From: Verrucomicrobiales bacterium
GTDB taxonomy: Bacteria; Verrucomicrobiota; Verrucomicrobiia; Limisphaerales; UBA9464
Direction of reading: 5' to 3'
NCBI GenBank assembly: GCA_005793375.1
Contig: SXSK01000318.1
Coordinates: forward strand, 905-64,904
Length of the DNA stretch: 64,000 nt
Shown: piece after piece, positions 15,591 through 25,831 of the stretch
Layout: each line of letters starts with the position of its first letter
Numbering within the stretch: the stretch's first letter is position 1
Notes under the pieces: model-generated
What the model saw: only the letters and a program-made list of their open reading frames with translations
Told to the model about the DNA's origin: nothing
The model's database searches: none
Program-made: the position numbers and the translations under genes

Positions 15591-18287
15591 TTAGTTGGAT
15601 CGTGCGACTGTGAGGGACGCCAAACGTCGTGTGATGAACTCCCGGAGCTTCGGGATTTTGCAATTCCGGAGTAATTCCAGGGCGCGATCGGGATCCGTAG
15701 CGACGGCGCCTTCCGCTGCATACCAATAAAGTAGCGGGAGATTGTGATCGGCGATGTCCTCAGTGTGTTGTGCCAGGGCGGCAAGAGTCTCCCATCGCTT
15801 GGAGGTTGGGACACGTTGGAGGGCGCTTGCCACGGCGCGACGGACTACGGGCGACTTGTCATCGGTGGCGAGGCGAGTGAGCGAGGCGATGGACTGAGCG
15901 GCGAGATCGTCAAGGCGTTGATCGCCATTAAAGATCATGGGAGCATTTTCGAAGTAAAGTTGAACGACCCAAGCTCGAACCCATTCATCGGGATCTTGGA
16001 CCCAGCGGCCAGCGTCTTCCAACCGGATGAAACGCGCGGCATGCAACGCCCAGAGTGCGCGGAGTCGGGCGGGTGTATCCGTCACCGTGTCCACTTGTTC
16101 GCGCAAATAAACGAGTGACGGCATGGCCGTTGCTGCTCGGTATGCTTGGATTGCGTCGCCCCAGCCTTCTGGTGCATTCTCTGGAGCGGTTTCGCGTCGT
16201 GCAGCTGTTGCCACACGTTCCTGTAAGAGCCGGCGGGCATGGCGACTCTGCCATTCGTTTTTCGAAGGAACTAGTTTCACGAGCTCAGCGTCGCTTAAGG
16301 CCGTCAGATTCACTTGGGTCCGAGGCTGGTTGTTGTGAACCAACTTGTAGATCCTGCCACTGCTGCGGTCGTGGCCATCCTCCCGATTGTGATGGCATTG
16401 GTTTTTATCATACCAATCGATGATGTACATGGAACCATCCTGATCGTAGCGCTGGTTGAGGGTCTGAGACCAGGTGTCATTGAAATTGAGGAAATCCGGC
16501 CCGTGAGTCCCGATGAATCCGGATCCGGATCGTACCGGGACTTCCATGTTCAATCGTTGGCCATGAATGTTGCCCAGGAATAGTTTGCCGCGGTACTCGG
16601 CCGGCCAACTGGTGCCGAGATAGCACATCAGACCTGCGTGGGCATGTCCTCCGCCAGCGGCGTCACTTCGACCATTGGCGGCGTGAGGCCCGCGATTTCC
16701 GGCGTAATGAAGGTGGTCCGCATGAGTGGAGATGTCCTCGTAGACATAAGGGAATATGGGCTTCCGGCTTTCCTGATGCCGATGCTTGGAGTTGCGCGCG
16801 ATTTCGTCGCGACCCACCGCGAAATGTTCACCTCCCTGACGGGTGATACGCGCCCCTTGGATCATGTGAAACAGGTGCGGGATCACACACATTTCTGACC
16901 ACAACTGCCCATAGTCGTCGAAATCAATACCCCAGGGGTTGGAGCCACCTTCAGTGAAGACCTCGAACAGTCGGCGCGTGGGGTGATACCGCCATGCTCC
17001 TGCGTCCATCCATTGGCGGTCGCCTTCTGCCGCGCCTGGTTTGCCTACATTCGAGGGACAGAAGACCCCGTGGCACCCGTACAACCAGCCATCAGGACCC
17101 CAGATGAAAGTGTTCAAAGTTTCATGGGTGTCGACCGAGTAGTTCCATCCATCCAGCAAAATCTGCGGGTCACCGGCTGGACGCGGGCTGTCGCCTTCGG
17201 CAATTGGAATAAAGAGAAGATAGGGTGCCGCGCCCACCCAGAGTCCGCCGAATCCATATTCCAATCCGCTGATCAAATTCACGTTTTCCATAAAAACCGT
17301 GCGTTTGTCGAAACGATGGTCTCCATCCGTGTCTTCAAAAACCAGGATGCGATCACGTCCACCCAGGATGTCGCTGAGCCGCGCTGCCGCGGAAGTTTCG
17401 GAGGCGGAAGATTTGGGTGGATGGCCGACACGACGTGGATAGGTGTAGCCCTCCGCCACCCATAGGCGGCCACGGTCGTCATCGCAGAAGGCAATGGGTT
17501 GTTGAATTTCCGGTTCGGAGGCGAACAGGTGGAGCTTGAATCCGGCCGGTGCGCGAGCATTGGCGACGGCTTCGGAGGCACTGAGTCCGGCAAACGGAAC
17601 GGCATCCGCCGGTGGCGGCTGATTACGTTGGATCTCCGCCAGGGTCAGTTCGCCTGGCAGGGACGGGCGTTCGGCATGGAAAAGGAAGTCGTCAAAGTTA
17701 ATGTGACCCCATCCGCCGACACTCTGATCCACCAGCCGAATGCGCAAGGAACGTCCCATCCAGCGGGCGAGATCCAGGACCACTGGCCGCAAGGTTTCAG
17801 ATTCCAACCCTGAAACTTTGAGGACGGTTTCCTCCCCTGGAAGTTCGTTGGCTTGTGGCTCGCGAAGCGCGACGATTTCCACCCGCGTCGACGGGTTGCT
17901 ACCTCCAGAGACCCGAAAACTTGCCCAGGGATGCGCCACTCGAAACGCAGCGCTGGTCAAAGTGCCTTGGCGGGCATCACCAAATCGTTCATAAGTCCCA
18001 ATCCAATAGTTTCCGGTGTGTCGGGGTGGCATGTCTGGGCGACGCGCGGTCACTGTGTCACCTTGGATAGGCTGGGCTTCGAAGGCATTCCCGTCTGCCG
18101 TCCAGTCTCGCAGGTCCCCCGACTCGAAATCGAGGTTGAGCGGTTGTCCGTTGGCGCCGAGGGGGCGGATGGGTGCGGTCTGGGCGCAGAGACAAAGAGC
18201 CCCCCCCAGAGCCGCGGCGAAGCCGATCAAAGTTCGTCCTCGGATTAGGTTCCGGGTAGTTGCCAAAGGATTCGTCACGGTAGCCAT
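15591..18287 (-). CDS. Secreted multidomain protein: N-terminal lectin/GH32-like beta-sandwich, PVC-type membrane-bound-dehydrogenase (beta-propeller) domain, C-terminal HEAT repeats
   Basis: 898 aa with a signal peptide. LNLDFESGDLRDWTADGNAFEAQP...GTYERFGD...INFDDFLF, then a sugar-dehydrogenase-like core (LWVAEGYTYP...GWLYGCHG...GSNPWGIDFD) and HEAT-like DPDEWVRAWVVQLY and DKSPVVRRAVASALQ. I see no CxxCH. Confidence 0.7.
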   Translation of the reverse strand: MATVTNPLATTRNLIRGRTLIGFAAALGGALCLCAQTAPIRPLGANGQPLNLDFESGDLRDWTADGNAFEAQPIQGDTVTARRPDMPPRHTGNYWIGTYERFGDARQGTLTSAAFRVAHPWASFRVSGGSNPSTRVEIVALREPQANELPGEETVLKVSGLESETLRPVVLDLARWMGRSLRIRLVDQSVGGWGHINFDDFLFHAERPSLPGELTLAEIQRNQPPPADAVPFAGLSASEAVANARAPAGFKLHLFASEPEIQQPIAFCDDDRGRLWVAEGYTYPRRVGHPPKSSASETSAAARLSDILGGRDRILVFEDTDGDHRFDKRTVFMENVNLISGLEYGFGGLWVGAAPYLLFIPIAEGDSPRPAGDPQILLDGWNYSVDTHETLNTFIWGPDGWLYGCHGVFCPSNVGKPGAAEGDRQWMDAGAWRYHPTRRLFEVFTEGGSNPWGIDFDDYGQLWSEMCVIPHLFHMIQGARITRQGGEHFAVGRDEIARNSKHRHQESRKPIFPYVYEDISTHADHLHYAGNRGPHAANGRSDAAGGGHAHAGLMCYLGTSWPAEYRGKLFLGNIHGQRLNMEVPVRSGSGFIGTHGPDFLNFNDTWSQTLNQRYDQDGSMYIIDWYDKNQCHHNREDGHDRSSGRIYKLVHNNQPRTQVNLTALSDAELVKLVPSKNEWQSRHARRLLQERVATAARRETAPENAPEGWGDAIQAYRAATAMPSLVYLREQVDTVTDTPARLRALWALHAARFIRLEDAGRWVQDPDEWVRAWVVQLYFENAPMIFNGDQRLDDLAAQSIASLTRLATDDKSPVVRRAVASALQRVPTSKRWETLAALAQHTEDIADHNLPLLYWYAAEGAVATDPDRALELLRNCKIPKLREFITRRLASLTVARSN

Positions 18288-18726
18288 GCCTTGGGTTTAC
18301 CGGTGAGAACGCGTTGTCGGAAGCCCAATTTTGGCGTATGGGGCGCTTGCGGAGAATCTCTGGGTTCCACAGTGGAGCTCTTTCGGAATGCTGCAAGAGT
18401 TCTTCAATCAACCGGTTACACCTCTAGAATTTGATCAAGTGCAGCAGGAAGAGGGGCCGCCGAGGTAAACAAACTCGCTGAAGGCATCGGGAGAAATCGT
18501 GTCTGAGGAATCTGCGGGAAGATAAATCTCGGTTGTGGCCCTTGAAAACTTGGGGCGAGTCTGGATATTGCACCTGCCCTTGGCCTAAGAAATGCATTAA
18601 ATTCACCCTTGCCCCCTGAATTGGGTTACTTGGGGGGTGACGCGTGATTCGTTGGCTGTTTGAAACTCGGGTGAATCTGGTGTGGCCAATCGAGTGGAAA
18701 CTCAGCATTCTAGAACTTTAAACCGC

Positions 18727-21700
18727 ATGAACTGGAATCCTTGCCGGCGCTTGACGCCGGGTTTGACGCGCCGACTGCAAATGTGGATGTGCCTCGTTGG
18801 GCTTGCAGCCGTGACGACGTCGGTAACCGCCGCAGAGTGTTCCGTACTGGATCGCACGACCAACTCGTTACCGAAGCTAACGACGGACGATTTGTATTCC
18901 GTGGGGGCTGGACCTTTGGGTTTTTTCGCGGTGGGTGCCAGTGGTGCCATTGCGAGTTCCATTGATGGCACTGACTGGAGAAGTGCCCGATCGATCAGCC
19001 CCTTCACGCTATACTCCGTGGTGGTGAGCTCCGCGGGGGTTTTGACTGTGGGGCAGCAAGGGATCACGATATTCTCGGCGGACGGGGTTGCATGGGAAGC
19101 GTCCGTGGCCGGCAAGTCAAACCTCAACGGGGTCGCTTATGGAAACGGGACCTTTGTCGCGGTTGGCGATGGTGGCAAAGCCTACACCACCGTGGACGGC
19201 AAGACTTGGGCAGCGCAGGCGACAGGCACGTCGAACAGCCTTGTGAAGTTGGCCTATGGATCTGGGGTATTCGTGGCAGCGAGCGCGGCGAACGATGTCC
19301 ACGTTTCTGCCGACGGCACCAACTGGACTCGGTTCCGTTTAGCGGCGCCCCTGACCAGTCTTCGCGCGGTGAACGGGGGCTTTTTTGGATTGTCAGCGGA
19401 CCAGCGCATCGCGAGTTCGCTCGATGGACGTGTTTGGTCTTTGGTGGCAACCAACACGCTCCGCAATGTGACAGACATCGGCACCGACGGGCAGCAGTTG
19501 TTTGCGGTAGGCTCGCGTGGACTGATTGCCCGTTCCACGCCCACCCTGGGATGGAATACCATCCCGGTGCCGGCGATTGTCGGCGGACGCGACATTCTGG
19601 GAGTGGCTTCCCAGAATGGCCAGGGCATTGCGGTTGGTCAGCAAGGGATGATTTTGGGCTTCGATGCGTCGGGTTCGGTGACAAACCTGAACAACGACAA
19701 ATTTGATGATTTGGCGAGCGTTGCCTTCGGCGATGGGATGTTCGTGGCGGTGGGTAAGTCCGGTCGAATCACGGTGGGCGACGCATTACCGGGGGGCACT
19801 TGGCAACATCCGAATTCTGGAACCAGCAATGATCTTGCGGGGGTCACCTATGGTTTGGGCCGATTTGTCGCGGTCGGCGGATCTCCAACCAACGAGGTCA
19901 GCCAACGGCATGTGACTATTTTGACTTCGGTAAATGCCACCGATTGGTCGACAGTCCTCCAGCTCCCGGGGTTGACGAATGCAGCCACGAAGGATGTCAC
20001 GTGGCCCACGTCGGTTACTTTTGGTAAGGATCGCTTCGTCAGTGTGGGTCCCGGCGGGGCCTCTCTGATTTCGACCAATGGAACCGAGTGGTCGGTTTAC
20101 TGGAGTGGCGCACTGAGCAATTGCCAGCAGGTCACTTACGCCGCGGGTCAATTCATCGCGGTCGGTGGCCAGATTTCTTATTCAAAAGATGGCATTACGT
20201 GGAATGGAACATCGGTGCCGGAGTTTACCAACTTACTTTCCGGTGTCGCCGGGACAGTGAACAACTACGTGGCGGTGGGTGTGGGGCCGATGATGTTGGG
20301 ATCGACCAACCTGCTGCTTTGGACTCCGGGAACACTTAACATTCGTAACGGTGTCGGCGGGGTGGGGTATGGCGCGGATCAGTTCGTCGCTGTGGGAGCT
20401 CAAGGTCGTGCCGCAACTTCCTGGGACGCCAAGGCGTGGAGCGTCTGGGACCTTACCACTCAAGCGTTTCTCCGCGGCGTGGCGTTTGGCAACGGCAAGT
20501 TCGTCGTGGTCGGCGATCGGGGCACGCTGATCTACACGGATGTCGTCGATGGCAACAGTGGCCTACCGGGTCCCAGCACCTGGGTTCGCACTAGCGGAGG
20601 CTCAGCTCGGGACGCGGCTGCAGCTGCGGCTATTGATTCGAATTGCGGCTATTTTGTGACAGGGAATTTCCAAGGCTCCTACAACTTCGGCGGCACGGTC
20701 CTCGCGGCGACGGGGGATCCCTCGTTCTTCATTGCTCGATACACAGACATTGGCGCGCCGAGTTGGGCGTCCACCGTCGAAGGGGTGGCGTTGGGTACCA
20801 AGGTTACTTCCCAGGGTGGCTCGGTGTTTGTCGGCGGATTATCGCCGGCAGGGGTCACCTTCCCAGGCGGTGAAATCCTTCCGAGCGAAGGCGTGGGCTC
20901 ATTTGTTGCATCCTATGATCCAACGGGTGCACCGGTTTGGTCTCGCCAATTTCCAGGAACCTTGTCGGACCTGCTTTCCACGCGGAGCGGAACAGTCAAG
21001 TTCTCAGGACTTTTTCCCCAGCGAATGGTGCTTGGGGAGGAACTGATCATGGAACCGACCAATAATCCACTGAGCTTTTTCCTCATTAAGGCGGATAGTG
21101 GTCCGGGCACCAACATCTGGGGCCGTTATATTATCCCCAAGAACAACGGGTTCTTGGATGGGCTGAAGATCGCATCGGATTCGAAGGCGGCGACGTATGC
21201 CGCCGGCACCGCTGGTGGCGTTTTGGAATTCTGGACAGCGACGCTTCTGCCGGCTGTCGAGGCTGGCGAAAATGGTGAAGGCGGTTCTGAAGGTGGCTGG
21301 ACCAACATCCTGGACTTCAAACTCACGACTACCCCAGGCGTGTTTCTCTCCAAGTACGATCCGAACGGGAAGTTCCTTTGGGCGGTGACGACGCCCTTAA
21401 CGAATGGTGTTGTCGTGAACGCTGCGCCGGACGGCGCTGAGGGCGTGTTGCTGGCAGGCAACCGGGATTCGCTCATGTTTGTTGGCAAGTTCGCCACCAA
21501 TGGTGCCGTGGTTTGGATTCGAGAATTCGATTCCCAGGGAAGCGCCCAGTTAACGGCTTTCACCACAACCACCAACGGCACGATGATCGGTGCCGGGTTC
21601 TTCCAGAGCGAGTTGACACTGGGCGACGTAACTCTGACCACAGGAGGAACGGCTTCCTTCGTGTTCCACATGGATAAGGATGGCCGATTCCTCAATGTCC

Positions 21701-22068
21701 GGTCTTACGGTACCGCTCCAGCGTTACAGGGATATTCTGCTCCGACGGCCTTGTCGGCGATCAGCACCAGCGAATACGTGCTCGCTGGCTATTATGACGA
21801 GCGTGTTTCCTTCGGCGCTGGCGACTTGGTCACCCGTGGGTTGACGGACGCGTTCTTGGCGCGCTTGCGCCCGGCACCCGCAGTGCCGGGAACCTTGACC
21901 TCACGCCACACCGACGACGGCGGAGTGCAATTCGAGTTTCCCAAGGGATACGTGCTTCAAATTGCCACCTCGGTCGACCTCGCTGATTGGGTGACGATTC
22001 CGGGAGTATCGCCCATAGGAATCCCTCCGGGCCAGAGCACAGGCTTTTACCGCCTGATCTGGCCATAA
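18727..22068 (+). CDS. Large secreted beta-propeller repeat protein (BNR/Ycf48-like blades followed by SBBP-like repeats) with conserved C-terminal ...FYRL domain
   Basis: More than 12 repeats of the form V(A/T)YGxGxFVAVGxxGxxxxSxDGxxW, then repeats like GYFVTGNFQGSYNFGG. Signal peptide RRLQMWMCLVGLAAVTTSVTAAE. The track ORF opens at GTG 18682; the first ATG is at 18727. Confidence 0.8.
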   Translation: MNWNPCRRLTPGLTRRLQMWMCLVGLAAVTTSVTAAECSVLDRTTNSLPKLTTDDLYSVGAGPLGFFAVGASGAIASSIDGTDWRSARSISPFTLYSVVVSSAGVLTVGQQGITIFSADGVAWEASVAGKSNLNGVAYGNGTFVAVGDGGKAYTTVDGKTWAAQATGTSNSLVKLAYGSGVFVAASAANDVHVSADGTNWTRFRLAAPLTSLRAVNGGFFGLSADQRIASSLDGRVWSLVATNTLRNVTDIGTDGQQLFAVGSRGLIARSTPTLGWNTIPVPAIVGGRDILGVASQNGQGIAVGQQGMILGFDASGSVTNLNNDKFDDLASVAFGDGMFVAVGKSGRITVGDALPGGTWQHPNSGTSNDLAGVTYGLGRFVAVGGSPTNEVSQRHVTILTSVNATDWSTVLQLPGLTNAATKDVTWPTSVTFGKDRFVSVGPGGASLISTNGTEWSVYWSGALSNCQQVTYAAGQFIAVGGQISYSKDGITWNGTSVPEFTNLLSGVAGTVNNYVAVGVGPMMLGSTNLLLWTPGTLNIRNGVGGVGYGADQFVAVGAQGRAATSWDAKAWSVWDLTTQAFLRGVAFGNGKFVVVGDRGTLIYTDVVDGNSGLPGPSTWVRTSGGSARDAAAAAAIDSNCGYFVTGNFQGSYNFGGTVLAATGDPSFFIARYTDIGAPSWASTVEGVALGTKVTSQGGSVFVGGLSPAGVTFPGGEILPSEGVGSFVASYDPTGAPVWSRQFPGTLSDLLSTRSGTVKFSGLFPQRMVLGEELIMEPTNNPLSFFLIKADSGPGTNIWGRYIIPKNNGFLDGLKIASDSKAATYAAGTAGGVLEFWTATLLPAVEAGENGEGGSEGGWTNILDFKLTTTPGVFLSKYDPNGKFLWAVTTPLTNGVVVNAAPDGAEGVLLAGNRDSLMFVGKFATNGAVVWIREFDSQGSAQLTAFTTTTNGTMIGAGFFQSELTLGDVTLTTGGTASFVFHMDKDGRFLNVRSYGTAPALQGYSAPTALSAISTSEYVLAGYYDERVSFGAGDLVTRGLTDAFLARLRPAPAVPGTLTSRHTDDGGVQFEFPKGYVLQIATSVDLADWVTIPGVSPIGIPPGQSTGFYRLIWP

Positions 22069-22104
22069 GCGGCTTCAAATCTGGCTGATGCCCCCAAACA
22101 ACAC

Positions 22105-22137
22105 GGCGCGCTTCTCGGAGCGCGCCGTTTGAGTTTT
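22105..22137 (+). terminator. Rho-independent terminator after the beta-propeller gene
   Basis: GGCGCGC-ttctcgga-GCGCGCC stem followed by GTTTGAGTTTT, starting 37 nt after the stop codon. Confidence 0.7.
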
Positions 22138-22162
22138 GAGGGACAAGTTGGGCTTTTCAGGA

Positions 22163-23020
22163 TCAACGCTCCGCCAAGCGAGCGTGGAAATCATACCAGC
22201 CCACGGGTTCCTTGAAGGTCAGGCGGCGCCAGATTCGATGGAGTCGACGCAATGGACTGCGTCCAAATCGGCCGCTGTCTCCCCAGACTCGTTGTTCCTT
22301 GACCAGGGCGCGCGCTTGATGCGCTGTCGCCTCGAGAGTCATCCATTTGCCAGGGGCTTCCTCGCCGAAGGGACCACTCATTTCCACGTCAAATCGCGCA
22401 TCCACGTAACGCCCCTCCAGTGGGGGATTGAGACAACGCCGTCGATGATGAATGATCTGGTTGACGATTTTGAATTGGGTGTAGCCGAGGTGTCGAAGGG
22501 TTTGCAACTGTTGCAGTGCCTCGTCTTCCGACTCCAAGCTCGCTTCGACGGAAAGGAATCTAGGGCGAACGGCGAAGAGGTTAAAGGCCTGGAGACAAAG
22601 GTTATCGCAACCTTCGATGTCGATCTTGGCGTAATAAGGAATGCCGGTCTCAGCCAAGACTCGTTCGAACCTCCATCCCTCAACCTCTATTCGCTCATTG
22701 GTGGTTCCCAAGCGCTCGTTGCGTGCCGCTAGGTCCGAGGAAATGGTGCCCCAATCCGATTTTTCACGGTTCCGAAAGAAGGCTACCGGGCCGTCCTTTT
22801 CGCAGATGGCGACATTGAAGATGCGCAGACGGCCCGCCTGAATTGCCGGCGCGAGGCGAGTGCTACCCTCTCGAGCCAACTCTGGATTCGCTTCCACGGA
22901 GGCCACACGAAATCCCTTAGCCAAGTAGAACTCCGTGTCTTTGGCGACATGCATGCCGACGTCGAGGATCAGGTCGTCCTGACGTTGTTGAAACTGGTTA
23001 TTGGCCATCGGATGGAACAA
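22163..23020 (-). CDS. FkbM-family SAM-dependent methyltransferase
   Basis: LILDVGMHVAKDTEFYLAKGFRVASVEANPE...RIFNVAICEKDGPVAFF...YAKIDIEGCD matches the Methyltransf_21/FkbM pattern. Confidence 0.8.
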   Translation of the reverse strand: MFHPMANNQFQQRQDDLILDVGMHVAKDTEFYLAKGFRVASVEANPELAREGSTRLAPAIQAGRLRIFNVAICEKDGPVAFFRNREKSDWGTISSDLAARNERLGTTNERIEVEGWRFERVLAETGIPYYAKIDIEGCDNLCLQAFNLFAVRPRFLSVEASLESEDEALQQLQTLRHLGYTQFKIVNQIIHHRRRCLNPPLEGRYVDARFDVEMSGPFGEEAPGKWMTLEATAHQARALVKEQRVWGDSGRFGRSPLRRLHRIWRRLTFKEPVGWYDFHARLAER

Positions 23021-23035
23021 ACGGTTGAACTCGAG

Positions 23036-23974
23036 TCACCGCGCTCCTGAAGTCTCGCTCAGCGGTTCTTGGACGGACGCCTGCAACAAGACGGGGCGCA
23101 TAGGACTCATCCAAAACGCGAACCCCTTCAGGCGCAACCGATATTCAGGCACCAATGATACCAAAAGATTCAACATCTGCTCGGCGTGCTCGACTTCGTG
23201 ATAGGTCGTCACCGCGATTTGTGGGCGATACTTGCGGATGACCTGTGCGGCGCCTTGTAACACGGATAGATCGGCCCCTTCCACATCGATCTTGATTAGA
23301 TCATACGGATGCAACTCGAATCGGTTACGGAGACAATATTCATCGAGTGTGGTAACAGGCACCTCGATAGAGTCACTGCGAGAAGGAGTTTGAACCAAGG
23401 AATTACCGTCAGAAACCGAGGCCGTTGTGAAGTGGGCCGTGCCGGTTTGAGCCCCGACCGCCATCGGCTCGATCTGAAGCCGATCACGAACTCCGGTTTC
23501 CTCTGCGGCACGGCTGAGGAGCGATCGCATTCGGGGAAACGGTTCGAACGCTATCACGCGCCTCGCCAGTTGGTTCTTCAGGACGCGAAAAGCAAACAGA
23601 CCTTCGCAAGAGCCAATATCCAACACGAGGCTCTCGGCCGTCAGACAAATTGGCGGCGTATTATAATAGTGCGGGTTCGAGGTTTCGAGTTCCTGTTCGA
23701 TGGCAAACCACAGATTGTTGTCGGGTGGCTGGGGCCAGTAGAAATGCAGGCCCAACTCAGGAACCTCGACTTTCCATAGGCTCGCCTCGAGCTGCTGAAT
23801 CCGAGTGCGCTCTGCCAATTGCCGTCCGGCGAATCGGTGATGGAACCGCTGCGGCAAAACCACACGATTGAACTGCATCGCGGCGTCCGTGATGGTAAAG
23901 GCACCGGGAAACTTCCGGAACCTACGCAGCATTTCCAGCGATTGGATCAGATTCCCAAGGAGATTTCGCTTCAT
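23036..23974 (-). CDS. FkbM-family SAM-dependent methyltransferase (second copy, divergent)
   Basis: VLDIGSCEGLFAFRVLKNQLARRVIAFEPFP...EPMAVGAQTGTAHF...LIKIDVEGADLSVLQGA...IAVTTYH. Confidence 0.82.
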   Translation of the reverse strand: MKRNLLGNLIQSLEMLRRFRKFPGAFTITDAAMQFNRVVLPQRFHHRFAGRQLAERTRIQQLEASLWKVEVPELGLHFYWPQPPDNNLWFAIEQELETSNPHYYNTPPICLTAESLVLDIGSCEGLFAFRVLKNQLARRVIAFEPFPRMRSLLSRAAEETGVRDRLQIEPMAVGAQTGTAHFTTASVSDGNSLVQTPSRSDSIEVPVTTLDEYCLRNRFELHPYDLIKIDVEGADLSVLQGAAQVIRKYRPQIAVTTYHEVEHAEQMLNLLVSLVPEYRLRLKGFAFWMSPMRPVLLQASVQEPLSETSGAR

Positions 23975-24174
23975 GGGAGGCGTTGTTCCAACCGTCGAGT
24001 TGCGGACATGGTTAGGGACTTGAACATGGACTTCGGAGGGAAGCGATGCTTCGGGATCCGGTAACGGTCAGACACTAGTGAGCACGAACCAGGAGCAAAA
24101 GCGAAAGTCCACCGGGAATCGGGAATACCGAAATGTGGCAAGAACCGACGACGTTCAGAACCCGAAAGAGAATA

Positions 24175-24210
24175 CCCGGCGGCCTGTGGCAGGCCGCCGG
24201 GCCAGTTTTC
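24175..24210. terminator. Strong GC hairpin with T-tracts on both sides (candidate bidirectional terminator) inside a 626-nt non-coding region
   Basis: An 11-bp stem CCCGGCGGCCT/AGGCCGCCGGG with a 5-nt loop. The plus strand continues CCAGTTTTC; the minus strand continues TATTCTCTTTC. Confidence 0.6.
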
Positions 24211-24600
24211 AGAAGCACCGTTTCAGGCCTGTTCGCCTGCAACGTTTGGGGACCTTGTAGGACTGGTGCGAATGCGATGAGGGCATTCGCGGCAGGGGAG
24301 CACCAAAGACTGGTTTAGAGTTTTCAGTGTTAATTCCACAACCATGCGTCAAGCAGATTGCTTGCCAAGTCATTATGGAGAGTCGAATCCAATACGAACC
24401 CAGGGGGTGTGACTCGCTTTTGGCGTATGATCCCGTCTCGTGGGGCGGGCGGTAGCATCTGCCAACCGCTCCCAAGTCCCAGCTCAAATACGGGCTCAAT
24501 CGATTCCTGATCACTCAGAAGGCTCTTTTGTCAACTCAATGGTCGTGCCGGTACGGAGCCTGCCAGAGAACTAGCGGGGATCAAACCATCGGAGTTCGAG

Positions 24601-25221
24601 TCAGTTCGCCAATTGAACCATGCGTTCGCGCAATTGTTCGGTCCATCGGGTCACGTAGCTCATGGAACGATACAACTGTTCCAATCGCTCCAGCGGCAGT
24701 GCCGTTTGCCTGGCGTCACTACCGACGGCAGGTGCTGTTACCCAAATTGGGTTCAACGCTTGCAGTTCAACGAAAATCTCGGCCTGTTTCGCGAATACCT
24801 TCTTTTGAAGTGTATCGAGGCGGTCTGTCCAATGGAGCGACAGCTGGAGTTGCTTGAGTTTCAGCATGGGAGAGGGTGCTTCCACACGATTTTTCAGGAA
24901 CTCGTCCGTTTCGCGACAGGCCTGACCGATTTCCACGAAGAGGTCCATTGTTCCAGGCGGAATTCGTTGGACGTCCCTCGGCTTGGTGCCGGATTCCAAC
25001 TCCAGCAAGTGCAAAAGTCGGTCGCGCGGTTCCTTCAGGGCATTGAACGCGGCACTCAGTTCGGCAAAGCGATGGGTGACTGCGAGTCGATCGCTGTCGG
25101 ACGCCCCATGGAAGCGATCCGGATGAAGTGGGGCCGAAAATTCCAAGAAACGCGACTTTAAGGTGTCGGGATCCAGCCAAGGCCGACGGGATTCCCCGAG
25201 CAACACAAACGCATCCGTCAT
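24601..25221 (-). CDS. J-domain co-chaperone, HscB-like
   Basis: The N-terminal J domain carries an HPD motif (LKSRFLEFSAPLHPDRFHGASD), followed by a helical C-terminal domain. It lies directly downstream of an IscA-type gene. Confidence 0.7.
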   Translation of the reverse strand: MTDAFVLLGESRRPWLDPDTLKSRFLEFSAPLHPDRFHGASDSDRLAVTHRFAELSAAFNALKEPRDRLLHLLELESGTKPRDVQRIPPGTMDLFVEIGQACRETDEFLKNRVEAPSPMLKLKQLQLSLHWTDRLDTLQKKVFAKQAEIFVELQALNPIWVTAPAVGSDARQTALPLERLEQLYRSMSYVTRWTEQLRERMVQLAN

Positions 25222-25245
25222 TTCAGGTTCAGGTTGGAACGAAAA

Positions 25246-25638
25246 TTAGGCGCTGAAACTCTCACCGCAGGAACAACTAGTCGCTGCATTGGGGTTTTTA
25301 ACCTTAAACCCACCATCGGTCAGGGCATCCAGGTAATCGAGCTCTGAACCGGTGACATAAAGCGCGCTCTTGGGATCGACAACCACCCGAACGCCAGCGC
25401 TTTCGACGAGAATATCGCGGTTCTGTGGCTGATCCTGAAGATCCATCTTGTATTGGAGGCCCGAGCACCCGCCGCCGACCACGGCCACACGCAAGACGCC
25501 CATGGGCCGCCCTTGTTTGGTGAGTAAGGACGAAACTTTGCGCCCGGCGTTGTCTGTCAGTTTGATCAACCGCTCGTCGCCAACACGGTATCCCGGCTGA
25601 GTGCCGGCCGCTGAACCACCGATCTTGCCCGCGATCAT
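25246..25638 (-). CDS. Iron-sulfur cluster insertion protein, IscA/ErpA/HesB family
   Basis: GGGCSGLQYKMDL ... NPNATSCSCGESF shows the three conserved Cys of A-type carriers. Confidence 0.9.
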   Translation of the reverse strand: MIAGKIGGSAAGTQPGYRVGDERLIKLTDNAGRKVSSLLTKQGRPMGVLRVAVVGGGCSGLQYKMDLQDQPQNRDILVESAGVRVVVDPKSALYVTGSELDYLDALTDGGFKVKNPNAATSCSCGESFSA

Positions 25639-25831
25639 GATCCCCCAAGCTAGGAGCTATGGCGCCGGAAGCAAGAGTGGGCCGACAGAGTGGGCCGATC
25701 GGAGGCGAGTGGGGTGCTGGCGGACGCGCCTTTTGAGGGGGGCGGGGGCCGTCTTGGTACGAACCTAACCTAAGGAATTCAGGTTTTAGCTTCCGATTCT
25801 GACCTTCTCGTTGGAACCTTGGGGCTGGTTC

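Noticed and set aside
24090-24420. RNase P-like (GAAAGTCC, CAGAACCCG on plus strand) and tmRNA-like (TGGATTCGAC on minus strand) short motifs in the non-coding island
   Set aside because: The RNase P-like motifs are only about 50 nt apart instead of about 250-300 nt. No P4 pairing partner, T-arm or ...CCA acceptor end could be found for a tmRNA. Nine-mer matches are expected by chance in 128 kb of two-strand sequence.
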